DNA from: Pocillopora damicornis
Lineage: Eukaryota
Reading direction: 5' to 3'
DNA length: 64,000 bases
Assembly (NCBI RefSeq): GCF_003704095.1
Contig: NW_020847337.1
Location: forward strand, 1 to 64,000
Part shown: positions 40,101 through 52,425 of the stretch, in pieces
How positions within the stretch are numbered: the first letter of the stretch is position 1
Layout: each line of letters starts with the position of its first letter
The notes under the pieces: model-generated
Seen by the model: the letters and a program-made list of their open reading frames with translations, nothing else
The model's database searches: none
Told to the model about the DNA's origin: nothing
Made by a program: the position numbers and the translations under genes

Positions 40101-43100
40101 TACGAAATAACTTGGAGGTCTCTTTGCTGCGTTGTTACTGTAGGGGATAAGGTGTTCGCATTTCTTTCTAAATCTATGTTTGAATAATACTCCGGAGTTC
40201 CGTGGCCAAGAGGGAAAATTCCGTTAGGAAATAGAGGATTTTCAAAAGGAACACTTATTTTACGGAAATCTTGGCATATTTCTTCAGAGGGGCTATTGCG
40301 GCCTTTACTTTCTCCGTCTAAAGACTGCGACTTCTCAGTTTTCTTATATTCAAAATTTTTATCGGTTGTTATCGGATCTCGCACGGATTTTTTGGCTGTT
40401 CTATCCAAGAATTTCTCAATAACAGAAGCAGAGTATGACATTATAGAGCGGTCCTCAGGGAGAACACTTAACTCCTTCCTTTCACTGGGATAAGTGCACT
40501 TTCCAGTCTTTGACTGACAACTAGCATCCGTTTCTCCCTTCAAATGCGAATCTACTGTCCAACGTTTTCTAAAGTCCGTCCAGACGTTGTCCCACGTATG
40601 CTCTTTGGTTCTACCTTGAGACTTAATATCTAGTCCTTTGGAACCAATGGTGCCTACAGAGTCTTCGTGTCCCGGCGTTTCTGTCTCAATTGACAACTTT
40701 TGACTTGTATTTACGCTAACGGTTCTGAACCCATTCCTTTTCCAACGATGAAAATAATCCTTCCAGTACCTGCAATAAACGTAAGACAACTCCAGAATCA
40801 TTCAGTTACCCTTTGAAGTAGCTTCCTTGTTAGAGCAACACTGCGCAAATATAATTAACCCTTTACACCCTTACATCAGTATGCATATTCCCCATACTGT
40901 TTTCTACACAATTCCTAAGGTGCTGACAAGAAGAATTTGTTTATCAATCAAGAGAATATTTAGTTGGTGATCATTTCCTTTATTCTCATGACCTCACTGT
41001 GTCATGCAGGGGTTAAATAGTCGGGAGAAATTAGATGTTAGTCGCTCTCAGGGGTTAAAGAGTTAAGCTTGTTTTTACTTTGGGTTCTCGCTAGCTCCTT
41101 GAAATATGGGCTCTGATTGGCTGCCGTGTTCACTTTAGTTTTACGACACTCTCTCGAATTGCGCTCTATTGATACACCTTGTGAAAAGCCCAAAAGTCTG
41201 GAGAGCAAAGAAATTTACTTGATGACTTTCTCCTAAAAACCCTAGACAACACTGGACCTTTGTATATAAATGTACTCCTGTCTTGCTTAATACAACTCAT
41301 TACTAGTCGCTGGTCACAGAGCTGAATAAACACTGAGTAGTTGACATCGACACGCCTTCCCTATTCCTCCAAAGACAACTGAACACAGCTAAGCTGCACT
41401 TACCTATCTATCTTGATGCCTCCAGCCACAGCCTTTCTCAGCTTCGAGTTCTCGTTCATACGGCGCCACAGATCAGCAATTTGTTTTTCCTTTTCGTAGA
41501 GCCTCTCCGTTTGTTCGAGCTGTTCTTGTAAAGCTTTACTCCACTCACTGCTTCCTTTATTAGACTTCTCCTCCTCATACTTCAGCCGCCAGTACCATGA
41601 CATGACTTTGCTCATGCGCAAACGCTGTTTTACACTTTCGTGCATGCTCATGAGCTTGAAATGTTTCAGTTGGAGCTTTTCGTGCAGTGCTTTCGTGTCA
41701 AATAGATCATCTATTTCCTTTTCATTTTCTGACTCTTCATGAGTTTCAAGGCGTTCTTCTAATTTCCACATTTCCAGCTGATCTAGGAAATCAACTGATA
41801 CTTCATCCAAGGGCTCCATGGGATCGGAGTTTAGTGGAAGAGAGGCTGTCTTGGGCCCAGGTCTCTTGATGCTCCCAGACATCTCCAAGGCTCGGTTGCT
41901 GATAAAAACACTCAATCCTAAATAAAGTGGAGATTGGATATGAACCTTCATAAATTCATGAAAAAAATATGTTTCCTTCCATCAGCTAAATTTATTTTTT
42001 TTTTTTTTGGTTGTGGTAATATTTTCAAGCTGTCTCACAGGTACAACCAAAAGTGAAACATTTTAACTCATAACACCTAATCAAGCAGTCAGATAGTTTA
42101 TATACATACATATATTAAGTGTAAAACAGTGCTCAATACATAGGAGTGATCTCACTCTCTCTATCACAGCTCAGAATTTTTCAAAACATTATCCTAGCCA
42201 TGGGTGGAACCTTAAATCAAGAGACTCTTCATAAATTTGAAAACATTAGCCATTTTCCTAGTTTATATTTCATTAATGCCAAACTTGTTTCCCACCTGAA
42301 ATATTAAAGAGTCATCTTTCATTCTTTACAACCTACCATCATTACACACATTTTCCTTACTGTTCTCTATACATTTGATCAGGTGCTTACAAGGAGAATT
42401 TGTTTATTGATCAAGAGCTTCTTTGGCTGGTGATAACTTCCTTTATTTATGTGACCTTAATATGTGATTCAGGGGTGATATTAGACGAAGGAATAAGATG
42501 CTCCTAACTCTTAGGAGAAAAGGGTTTACCAAAAAATTTGTTTCCATTAAAAAAAGGCATCCTCCAAACAAAACCCTTGCAAAATTATCATTCTCTGAAA
42601 TACATTCATTACAGTAGTTAAAGAGCCATTATCATTATCATTATGCCTTACCATAGCCAATACTGAATCCCAGAGCAGTTGTTACACCCAGAACTACGAA
42701 CAAGGTTGGAATATCAACATGGAAGATATTGAAATTGTCACTTCCTTCTGTCGCAGTATGATCTTCCATTGGTTCATCATCCTCATCTCTTCCTTTGTCC
42801 TCATCAATGACTTCAGACACTTTTGTTAAATCAGAACTGCCATTTTCAACCTCATTGTCTTCATCCAAATCACTAGGATTAAATAAATCACTATCAAATG
42901 AGAAAATGCTGCTTGTAGACACAACCATTTCATCATGTGGTTCATTTTCATGACTTAGGTCTTCATAGTCTTCGTTTTCATCTTGTTCAGGGATTGTCTC
43001 AATGGCATTATCTTCGTCAGAACTGTTTGAATCATTACCAAAGGAGAAAGAACCACTCTCTGAGAGTAGAGGAAGTTCTTGCCAAACACAGGAATTACTG

Positions 43101-45394
43101 TCTGTTGATTTAGTGAGGGAATGTACACTTCCTGCATGATCAATGTCCAATTCAGAGGGCAACTGATCATCATTGCCTTCCACAGAAGAAACATCCTGGT
43201 CGACACAGTAGTGATTTGAAATGATCATAATACCATCATCTGCAGCACACTGGCAAGAGCTTTGTTGAACTGTTGAAAGCTCATCTCCTCTCTCAGATTC
43301 TTGACCAAGATGTAAATCATTCTGGGTTTTGGTTTTTGTTGTAAGATCAGAGTCCAGGTTCTTCTCTTCGACTGGTGGTTGATGACACTGAAATCCACTG
43401 AGGACCTCAAACTCTGCCTCTCCTTCACTGTCATCTGTAGCACTGGGTGACTCAAATGTGGAAACTAACCCATCAGCATTTGAAGGTGACTTGGAATAGG
43501 ATACAGAGTTCTTCCTTGGCTGAAAAAACCAAAATCTAGCTTTGAAATTTTGTTTCCTAGAATTTAATTTTTCTGCACACTAGTATAAGTTTCTTAATTC
43601 AATAAATAAATTAAAAAAGACATTAGACAATTTAATAAGATAATACATGGATGAATAACAAATTCAATTTTAAAAAAGAAAGAAATAGGCTGAATTAAGC
43701 TGTTTTTTATGGTTTCTTTCAAGTACTAAACATTTCAACAAAGGAAACCAAATAAAACTTTTAAAGCAAGGAAATATAAAAACAAAGAATGTTCTTCATT
43801 CACAGCTCCCTGAAATTCTAAGATTTAACCCTTTAACTCCCAGATCAAATTTATTATTCTCCTTCCTGTCTTATCATACAATTCTTATAAGGTTAGTTTG
43901 GAGAATTTAGTATTGGATCAACTAATTATACACAAATTGATATTTTTCTTTATTCTTATCACCTATCTAGTTGATATTGTATTGATATTGTAAGGAGAAA
44001 TTTTGTCTTGGTCACTCATGGGAGTTAAAGGGTTAAAAGAAACAAATTGCTTGGCCAGCAAAAATTTCTTCAAACAGAATCAGCACCAAATGCTATTGGA
44101 TCCATACAATTACTGTATTTATGACAGTAATTATTTTAAATATTGTTATTTATAACAGGTATTGCAGTAATTTTGGAATTTAAAGTAAACATTTATAAGA
44201 TCATTATTAAAAATAAAATCAAAAAACTTCTCTGCCTAAGTAGGCATGGCTAGTAACTTAAAATAATTTCAAGAACTTAGGTGGTGGCAATTGCTTAGCA
44301 TTAAAACACATTTCTCAGTTTTTGTTAATATTCTTGAAACAATCTCTGGTAGCTTGAAAATCAATGACTCCTTATAGCAATCAATTAAAGTAAACATTCT
44401 ATTTTTCTTTCTTCTTTCTCTGCACCTACAAATTTCGTGGCCAAATAAATCTGAAATTAAGATGATCATCTACTGATGAATTCAACATTAATTTTATTTA
44501 CATAAATTGAGTCAAAATTATAGAAATTCTACTTATCCAAAGTGAATTCTCAACATAAGAATCTGTATCACTAAAAATTTTCTAACTTAAGATCAAATCA
44601 GCCAAATAGTGAGAAGGTATCATTATGAAGCTGACAATTCCCTTGATATTTCTATTAAAATTAAAATCACTCCAATTTAATGAAGAACTTTGACCTTGAC
44701 AAAGAAATTATTTAACAAAAGTTACAGTTTGCTCGGCAACATAATTTTTTCGCCCAGTGCGGACTGCTGAATGTAACAACAGCAATGGGCTGAGAAAAGG
44801 AGGTAGAGAGTACAACAAATTTGTTATCATTTTCACGTTTAATAATAAACACCCGGCTTATGTAATCACAGGTGTAAAACGAACGTGGTTATCACGTGGT
44901 TATTGTTGACAGGCGAAAAGGTAAATACGACAAGTCCAAAATGCAAATTTATGGAGACTTGGGGACGTTTTGTAAACAAACAGCCAAAATAATAGTACGC
45001 TTGGCTAACTAGCCGTGTTGCTAATGCACGGGGGGGTTTTGTAACACCCAAAATTGTGCTGCGATTCACCTAAATTAATGCAGGTTTCGAACATCCTGAA
45101 TTTACACTCCAAATGGCGGAAAATCCCGGCGCCAAAATTTTGGGCGGTTGAAGCATTTGCATTTAGAATATACCCCACCTAGATTAGACGATTTCCACAA
45201 ATTTACCTATGTAGAAGGACTAGTTAAACTGAAGACATATTCATTTTTAAGCATGAGAGTGTGGAAAACCAGAACATTTCTTTCGCTGAAAACGACAAGA
45301 AACTTAAGATGCACTTTACCTCGATGTCAACTTTTCCATCCTTATCGACAAAAGTCCACTCGTTTTCAAAATCGTCTGACATTTTGGAAGCCAT
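37106..45394 (-). CDS. CCPG1: CCPG1/PBXIP1-like type II membrane protein (putative ER-phagy receptor), 4 exons, ~1706 aa
   Basis: Exons 45320-45394, 42652-43519, 41404-41917, 37106-40769 join in phase (5121 nt). N-terminus MASKMSDDFENEWTFVDKDGKVDIE resembles human CCPG1 ..SCGWTVISHEGSDIE (LIR + FIR1). Then an acidic disordered region, a single TM IPTLFVVLGVTTALGFSIGYGLSVFI, and coiled coils. Next to PIGBOS1/PIGB as in human. The gene model is solid; orthology is inferred. Confidence 0.65.
40855..41066. mobile_element. piggyBac-like MITE (TTAA target sites, CCCTT termini)
   Basis: ttaaccctttacaccc...ggggttaaagagttaa. Internal tgacaaggagaatttgttt...atcaagag is shared with copies at ~11418-11645, ~30130-30280, ~35150-35270, ~42330-42530 and ~51505-51710. 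Confidence 0.75.
43825..44036. mobile_element. piggyBac-like MITE, intact ends
   Basis: TTAA-CCCTTTAACTCCC ... GGGAGTTAAAGGG-TTAA: perfect 13-bp TIR plus TTAA duplication. Confidence 0.85.
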
Positions 45395-47037
45395 GACTCC
45401 CGCAGAAAATTAATCACATAATGAAAAGACGACTTAAACAAGAGATTTCTCTAAACGCCGCTACTTACTAGCACACGATTCTGAGATATTTACTATCAAC
45501 AGTCGAATGTTTTGGTTTTTGCTCAACTAAGCGTTTCATGTTGTCAATCCGGGATAGTGGTCATGTGATAGTAACTAGCCAATTACAGCATCTACATTTG
45601 AATATTTTTGCTCCTGTTTCACGCCCCCTGTGAAGCTAACCAATCAAATAAAAGCTGGATGTAAATAAAGTTTACGTTCCTTTAAGTTCGTGGTAAAAGT
45701 GATGCAATTTTTGTCATTTGGAACAACTCCTACGTGTAGAAAAGTATAACTGCCACGTATACTTCAAATCGCTTCATCTGAAGGATTAAATGTCAATAAT
45801 TTCTCAAATAACTCACTCTTCGGCACTTTTACTTTAAAAATGTACACAAGCAGAGCGGTTTCGCTTGCGGGAAGAGCGTCAGAATTTGCATATAGGAAGG
45901 GAAAAAACGCTGGAAAGTTGCCATTTCTGCAACTGAACAGTTTTCAAAATATGCCAAGAAACTGAAGGTGTCACAGCATATGTTTTTAAGCTGAAATTTT
46001 TCAGCTGTTTAAGTTGGCGTTTTAGACATAGTCTCATAGACATACTATTTCTCAATATGGACAAACGATTGGCTGAGATAGAGAAAGTTGTGAAAAGAGT
46101 GGAAATTTGACAATAAGAAAAGAAAACGAAATAAAGTTAAAAGCCGTTTCGATATATTTTTGAAAACAGTTAATTCTCATGCATAGGGCACCCTGAGAAC
46201 ACTCTTGAGATGAATTCTAGATAGAGAAAGTCAGCCTGCTTCAGTTTTTTTTTTTTTTTTGCTGAGCAAACAATGCAAAATATTAGCTTGGTAAATAGGA
46301 GTATTGAAGCACTACAAGCATTAATCTTATAATTTTCTTCAATAGCAATGTCTTGCTTTTCTACACAGCTCACTCAAGGTCATGGTTAAGAAAAAACCCT
46401 TTTTAGGTGTATTCCCTTACTATACATTACTTGAAGGAACATCACCACAGCTACCTCTTGTAAATAAATATGTGTATTGTAAAATTTCTCCCTTTGATTT
46501 CCATGTACATTATTATCCAATCATAAAATTCTTTACATTCACTAAGTGACATCAAGTTGCTAAACTATCATGTTTTTATTTGCCTACTTTTATTTCAAAT
46601 ACAATTATACAAGGCAATTAACATTACAGTTCACTTTTGATAACAAGTGTTGATCACAAGAGTATCTGATTTAAGTACAAATATTAGCTAATACAGAGTG
46701 AGATAGCTGGTGGTCGTGAATTACATCGCTTAAAAAATCAACACAAAAATTAAAATCCCTTGGAGCAAGAACCATTACAAAAGTTTGTTTGAGCATACTT
46801 CTAAGTTCCAAGGCATTAATGCATGCATTTTTGGCTCCTCCTGAACCCCAGGGAACCCACTAGGACATTGAGAAGGAAAAGGAATTCAAAGAACATCTGA
46901 TGTGTAACCACAATTTGTCAGAGCGATGACAAAGGGCCTAAGCTTGAAACATCAGCTTTGAAACTCTTTATGGTGGTTAATTTACACTATCAACTCCTTG
47001 ATAAGACTAAATTACCCTGTTACACTCTCCCACCAAT

Positions 47038-47068
<31 letters not shown>

Positions 47069-47292
47069 TCTTTATTCAATTGTTTTGAGAATGGTCTAGT
47101 TTAACCAGCAATATATTCTCTTTGAGGTCATTTTTCTCAGTTCTTACTCAAGATGGTCATTGCAGTTCTTTTCACTCTACATAACTTTTGCTGGTCTTCA
47201 CTTGTTAGCTAGAAATGGGTCACAGGCATTGGGAGAAATTTTCTGTAGATTTCATGCTCAAAAGATGGCAAAAAAAATATTTTTATAAATTC

Positions 47293-47500
47293 TGTACACA
47301 AAAAGTTCACACTCAGGGATTGGACAACATTTGCAATTCAGACTTAAGTGGTTCTGATTGTGAAAAATGATTGTAAAAAATGTATGGGAATCTAAATTAT
47401 GTACACAAAAAGTTCACACTCAGGGATTGGACCACATTTGCAGTTCAGACTTAGGTTGTTCTGCTTCTGAGAAATGATTGCAAAAAATTTAGGGGAATCT
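47293..47500. repeat. Tandem direct duplication, 2 x ~107 bp
   Basis: tgtacacaaaaagttcacactcagggattgga...gggaatct starts at both 47293 and 47400. Confidence 0.9.
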
Positions 47501-48119
47501 CTTTGATGAGCAAACTTGAACATTAGCAAAGATCTAATTAGACTAGTTTAAACAATGCCTTTTAAAAATTTGATCACTGAGTAATGTATAATTTTTACAA
47601 CTACCAATAAATGTATTTGAATTATGTATCATGTAGGAATCAATCACATCATTCAAATTCAGTTTTTTCCTCAAGCTTCTGTTTGCTACCCAAAAAAGGA
47701 AGGCAAAAAAGTGAAAATTAAAAAAAAAAAATTATGACCAATTTTTCCAAGTTCGATTTCCTACAGGATACGAAGTGTAAGCCATTCCCCAAAAATTTCA
47801 CTCCATCAAGGGTTTGCCCCATATGATATTTACCCCTAAAGCACAGTCTATACAGTATTCCACCCCAGCAGGACCGAGTGCATTTAACTTCCTCAGACAG
47901 AGTCATACTAATACTTATATTGCCATCACTGTGCAATTAAGCTTGATTCCACCTTGATTTTCACCTTATGAGGCTTGCGATCGCAGTATTCAGCTTCACG
48001 ATGTCATTTTCGGGATAGAAGTCACCAGCAGCCCACCTTAATTCATATCAAGTACAGGTAAATTCTTGGAGACATCACATTACACATTTCATTTCAGCGA
48101 GCGACATAAGAGAGGTTAA

Positions 48120-48386
48120 TTACTTTTCAGATGCTTTTTCTTCCCTTGCTTTTTCTTTTGCAGAATTCTCACTAGGACGATCTTTCTTTTGGGCCGACGT
48201 TGTGCTCTTTGCCTCAACTGCAGCTTGAATGGTGGCGCTATCCTCCTTCTTTGTACCATGTTCACTCACGTATCTCTCGAGCAACGGTTTGTAGATATAT
48301 ACACCACTTGTAACTCCGACTAAAGTCACTATAAATAACTGATGTAGAGGCATTCTTCCGATGCTTCTGATGAAGGAAAGCACCAT
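48120..48386 (-). CDS. PIGBOS1: PIGBOS1-like microprotein (88 aa; single N-terminal TM, charged tail)
   Basis: RMPLHQLFIVTLVGVTSGVYIYKPLLERY aligns with my recall of human PIGBOS1 [30 protein letters not shown]. Good start context aaaATGG. Divergent from PIGB, as in human. Confidence 0.88.
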   Translation of the reverse strand: MVLSFIRSIGRMPLHQLFIVTLVGVTSGVYIYKPLLERYVSEHGTKKEDSATIQAAVEAKSTTSAQKKDRPSENSAKEKAREEKASEK

Positions 48387-48505
48387 TTTAGGACCAGATC
48401 GTTACGGTCTATCAAATATCATCAGGCGTTACTCGTTAGCGATAGAGTTGAGACTAGGCTCCACACTATAGAGACGCCTTGTTGATTTTGATACCGAAGG
48501 TGAAA
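48387..48505. promoter_or_regulatory. Very compact bidirectional promoter/5'UTR region for PIGBOS1 and PIGB
   Basis: Only 119 bp between the divergent start codons; CpG-containing. Confidence 0.7.
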
Positions 48506-51500
48506 ATGGAGGTCGAAGAAATTGGAGGATCTGAGCTCAAAAGAAGAAAACAGGCTCAGATGGATAAGGAATCAGAGCAGCCATCTTCTATCTACCAGGG
48601 AGAAATCACCATGGTATCTCCAAATGTTATTTACCCGTCAAAAAATTGGCTGTTTCCGGCATTACTCTTCTTTAGGGTCATCAATGCTGTGGTGATCCAG
48701 ACATTTTTCGTCCCGGATGAATTTTGGCAAGGACCCGAAGTAGCCCATAGAATTGCATTTGGATATGGATATTTGACGTGGGAATGGAAAGAGGGTCTTA
48801 GAGGCTGGACTTATCCTTTGATCTTTGCAACAAGCTACAAGTGCTTAGCCCTATTTGGGATTGACACCGCCAAGTTCCTTGTTGTCATTCCCAGGGTGTT
48901 GCAGGCATGTTTTGCGTCGTGTGGCGACTTGTTTTTGTACAAATTAGCAGCAAAGAGGTTCGATGTACAAACTGCTCGATGGACACTCATCTGCTACTTG
49001 ATCTCGTGGTTTACACTTTACTGTGTGACTAGGACGCTGACAAATTCCCTAGAAACCGTGTTGACAACAGTAGCACTTTATTACTGGCCATGCGGCAGCA
49101 AAAAAGATGGCTTTAAACAAGTGTTCAAAGCTCTCTGTATTGCAGCGTTTTCTTGTACTATCAGACCAACAGCTGCAGTCATGTGGATTCCATTGTGTGC
49201 TTTTTATTTATTTTCATCACCAAACAAATTATCATTTATAGTTAACTGTATATTTCCCATTGGATGTCTGGCTATTTTATGGTCCCTCATTGTGAACAGT
49301 TGGTGTTATGGCACATGGATACTGGTGGAACTCAACTTCATCAAGTTTAATGTTATTAATGATATGGGAACATTTTATGGAAGTCATCCATGGCACTGGT
49401 AGGTAAAATTTGGACTCCTCTAGCTTGGAGCAGTTCTTTCCTTCAATAAAGGAAAGGGAGCTCTTTTTGTAGAATACAATATGTGAGTTGTTCTTCAAAA
49501 ATTATGCTTCTGCCTTGGCTAATACCTGCATATTTCACAGGTATTTCACCCAAGGATTTCCTGCTGTGATGTTTACACACTTGATTCCATTTGTTGGTGG
49601 TGTTTACAAATCTTCCCAAAGGCAGCAAACCTTGACTTTTCTAATCTTTTGGAGCATCGTTGTCTACAGGTTTGTTGCAAATGGAAAGAGAACCCTAAAT
49701 CTTTCTTTTTTAAATAAGAGCTAAACTTTTGTGATAATGTTTTGCCAATCTCTGAAAACCTGGCGATTAAATATTGGGGATGTTTGGTACAGACTGTTCT
49801 GAGTGAAAAGTGCACCATCCTGATTTTCTGCAACATTTGAATTATTAGTCAGTAGGATCAGTTGTATAGTTAAATACCAGATTATAATAAAAACTATTGT
49901 TTTCCCCTTTTTTCTAGTTTCTTGGGACACAAGGAGTTTAGGTTCATTTTTCCAGTGGTCCCCTTAGCCATGTGCTACTGTGGTTTCTATCTAAGCTTCC
50001 TTTCTGGGTATCCGTGTGAGAAAAAGGATCATGCATTTAGTCGTGGTTTTTCAAGGAAGATGAAATCTGGTTGGAAAGCAAAGATAATGGTACTATTTCT
50101 AGCGCTAACAAACATTCCATTGGCTATATACACTAGCACTGTTCACCAAAAGGGAACTACTGATGTCATGGAGTACATTCAAATTGAAAGCTCCAAACTG
50201 AGAAGTGCTAATGACATGTCTGTATTATTTCTGATGCCATGTCACTCGACACCATTTTATAGGTACAGTACTGTTTTTAATTTTGATGGTTGCTCCTGTG
50301 AAACTGTTTTCAGCTTTTTTTGTACATGTATTTGCTTTCCTTTTCTTTAGTATCTAACTACCCCATTCCAAGTTTTAGTTCAAGGAAGATGACTGAAAAA
50401 TAGGAAGTTCAAAAAATTTTTTTTGCATGCAAACAAGATAGGATCCATTAGGTTACAAACTTCATCATTTTTCTCATTTACCTCCTTGTAATTCACTCTT
50501 CTCCATGAATTGAAAGCCTAACACAAGAAACAGATTTGACCCATGACAGTAGTTACGAGTTACTGGGAATTACTGTTCAAACGAGGTTCAACATTATAAA
50601 AGTTTTCATGACTTCTAAAAGGAATTTGATCTTGTTGGAAAGGTCACATAAAGGCAAGATGTCGAATCTTGATGTTAAGGTAATTTACCTTGTAGGGGAC
50701 AACCTTGTCCTATTGTGAATTTACCTGCCTTCAGCAAATTATTAAATAAATAAACTTGCAAGAAAATACACAGTTTCTGAGCATCAGAATGCAAAGAGAA
50801 CATAGTAACACTCATAAGGAGTAGATTGAATCTAACTGAATCAGAAGTTTATGTCCTACTTCATCTTCGGTTGTGGATGAATATAAACCTAATAACTCAT
50901 TAAATAACAGGGTTTTTTTATAGTTTTGTACACAGAAACATAAGCATGAGGATATTAGAATGTCCCCCAAGTGATGAGGCAGGGTACATTGATGAAGCTG
51001 ATCAGTTTTACAGAAATCCCACATTGTGGCTATCAGAAAAGTATGGACTCTCTTCAGGTCATCAGGATCAGCTTCAATTTCCTACACACATTGTCCTGTA
51101 CAATGTGCTTTTACCCGTTAGTTGATCTTTCTTCACCATACTTGTATCATTCTCTTAGTCTTACAATTTTAAATGAAACAAGTCTAAATTTACCTTGGAT
51201 GAAAATCAGGTAAGAAAATGATTCTTACAGGTGAGCTGCAATTCACAATTTTAGTAGTTGCAGAAAAAAGCCTGGAAAGATTCAAGTTTTGATGAGATTC
51301 AAACCATGCCTCCCAGATTCTAGTTTAGCACTACTACCAACTGAGCTACAAGACTTCTTGTTGGGTGTCATCATCTCTTCTCCCCAACCCTTGTTGATTT
51401 GTAGTCTTGTAAAAATTCCCAATCATCAGCAAACAATTACTTTTTGTTCCACCATACAGTAAATTACCACCAACGGCAGTAATACTGCCAACCAAAAACT

Positions 51501-52425
51501 CCCTTTAACCTGTAGGAGTGACTATCATTTAAATTCTCCCTATATTATCAACCCTGAATCACGCACTAATGTGATGAGAATAATTAAAATGATAACCAAT
51601 TAAAGAAGCACTTGATTGTCAAACAAATTCTCCTTGTCAGCACCTTAAGAAATATATAGAGAACAGGATGGAGAATATAGATACTGATATTAGGGTGTTA
51701 AGGGTTAATTTAGCTTTTAGTCTGCCAGTAACCATTGTTCACTTTTTGTACCTCCTTTTTTCATAATTTTGTTGTTGTTTTGTTTTTACTTGTTACAGAC
51801 TCTTTGTTTTGTTCATTCATAATTTAGTGTTTTTTCCTCATAGGATGTAACGAACTGGTTGGGAAATTTTCATTTCAAAGAGGTAACATTGTTTGACAAC
51901 CACACTTTTTTATTGTAATCTTAAGTCTTAGATACTTGCAGTAATAATCAGTGGTTATATATTTTAGGGTTTTGCCTTGATCAACATTCTAAAATTTATA
52001 CTTTATTGCCTGGTGATGTTAAACTGCCTCCCTCACTTTAAATGATTTGAGGTTTCTCATTATGATGGAAGATATAAGTAATGACATATCAATCAAATTA
52101 TTGCATCAGTTTGGATTTTTTTTCAATCTCCTACCACTGCCATTAAATAAGAGATGGCAGCCATTTTTTTTTGCTAGGGAAATATTGAGCATTAGCTCGC
52201 CAAAATTACACCTACTTTCCAGGCTAACCATTCACAAGAACATATGTTCTTCATGATTGTTTAATCTTAAGCAAGGGTTATAATGATAAACTTTGAAAGC
52301 CGCATTTTAACCAGTGAAATTTGTTTTGGTTTTTTCTGTTGCAGTGTGCAAGATTCTTTCACACCCATTTCCCAGAGGGTCGCATTGGATCTGAAGTATT
52401 GGTGTACTGCCATCAGAACACATAG
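48506..52425 (+). CDS. PIGB: GPI mannosyltransferase 3 (GT22), 6 exons, ~559 aa
   Basis: Exons 48506-49398, 49541-49669, 49918-50262, 50924-51116, 51844-51882, 52345-52425 (1680 nt). Motifs QTFFVPDEFWQGPEVAH, GYGYLTWEW, RTLTNSLE, FYGSHPWHWYFTQG, HKEFRFIFP, FLMPCHSTPFYS, DEADQFY, FFHTHFPEGRIG. Confidence 0.97.

Noticed and set aside
47293-47500. CRISPR-like or structured RNA array
   Set aside because: Only two full-length tandem copies without unique spacers, in a eukaryotic context; an ordinary local duplication.
48479-48505. Upstream TTG start for PIGB given by the ORF track
   Set aside because: Eukaryotic gene; ATG at 48506 has a good context (aaaATGG).
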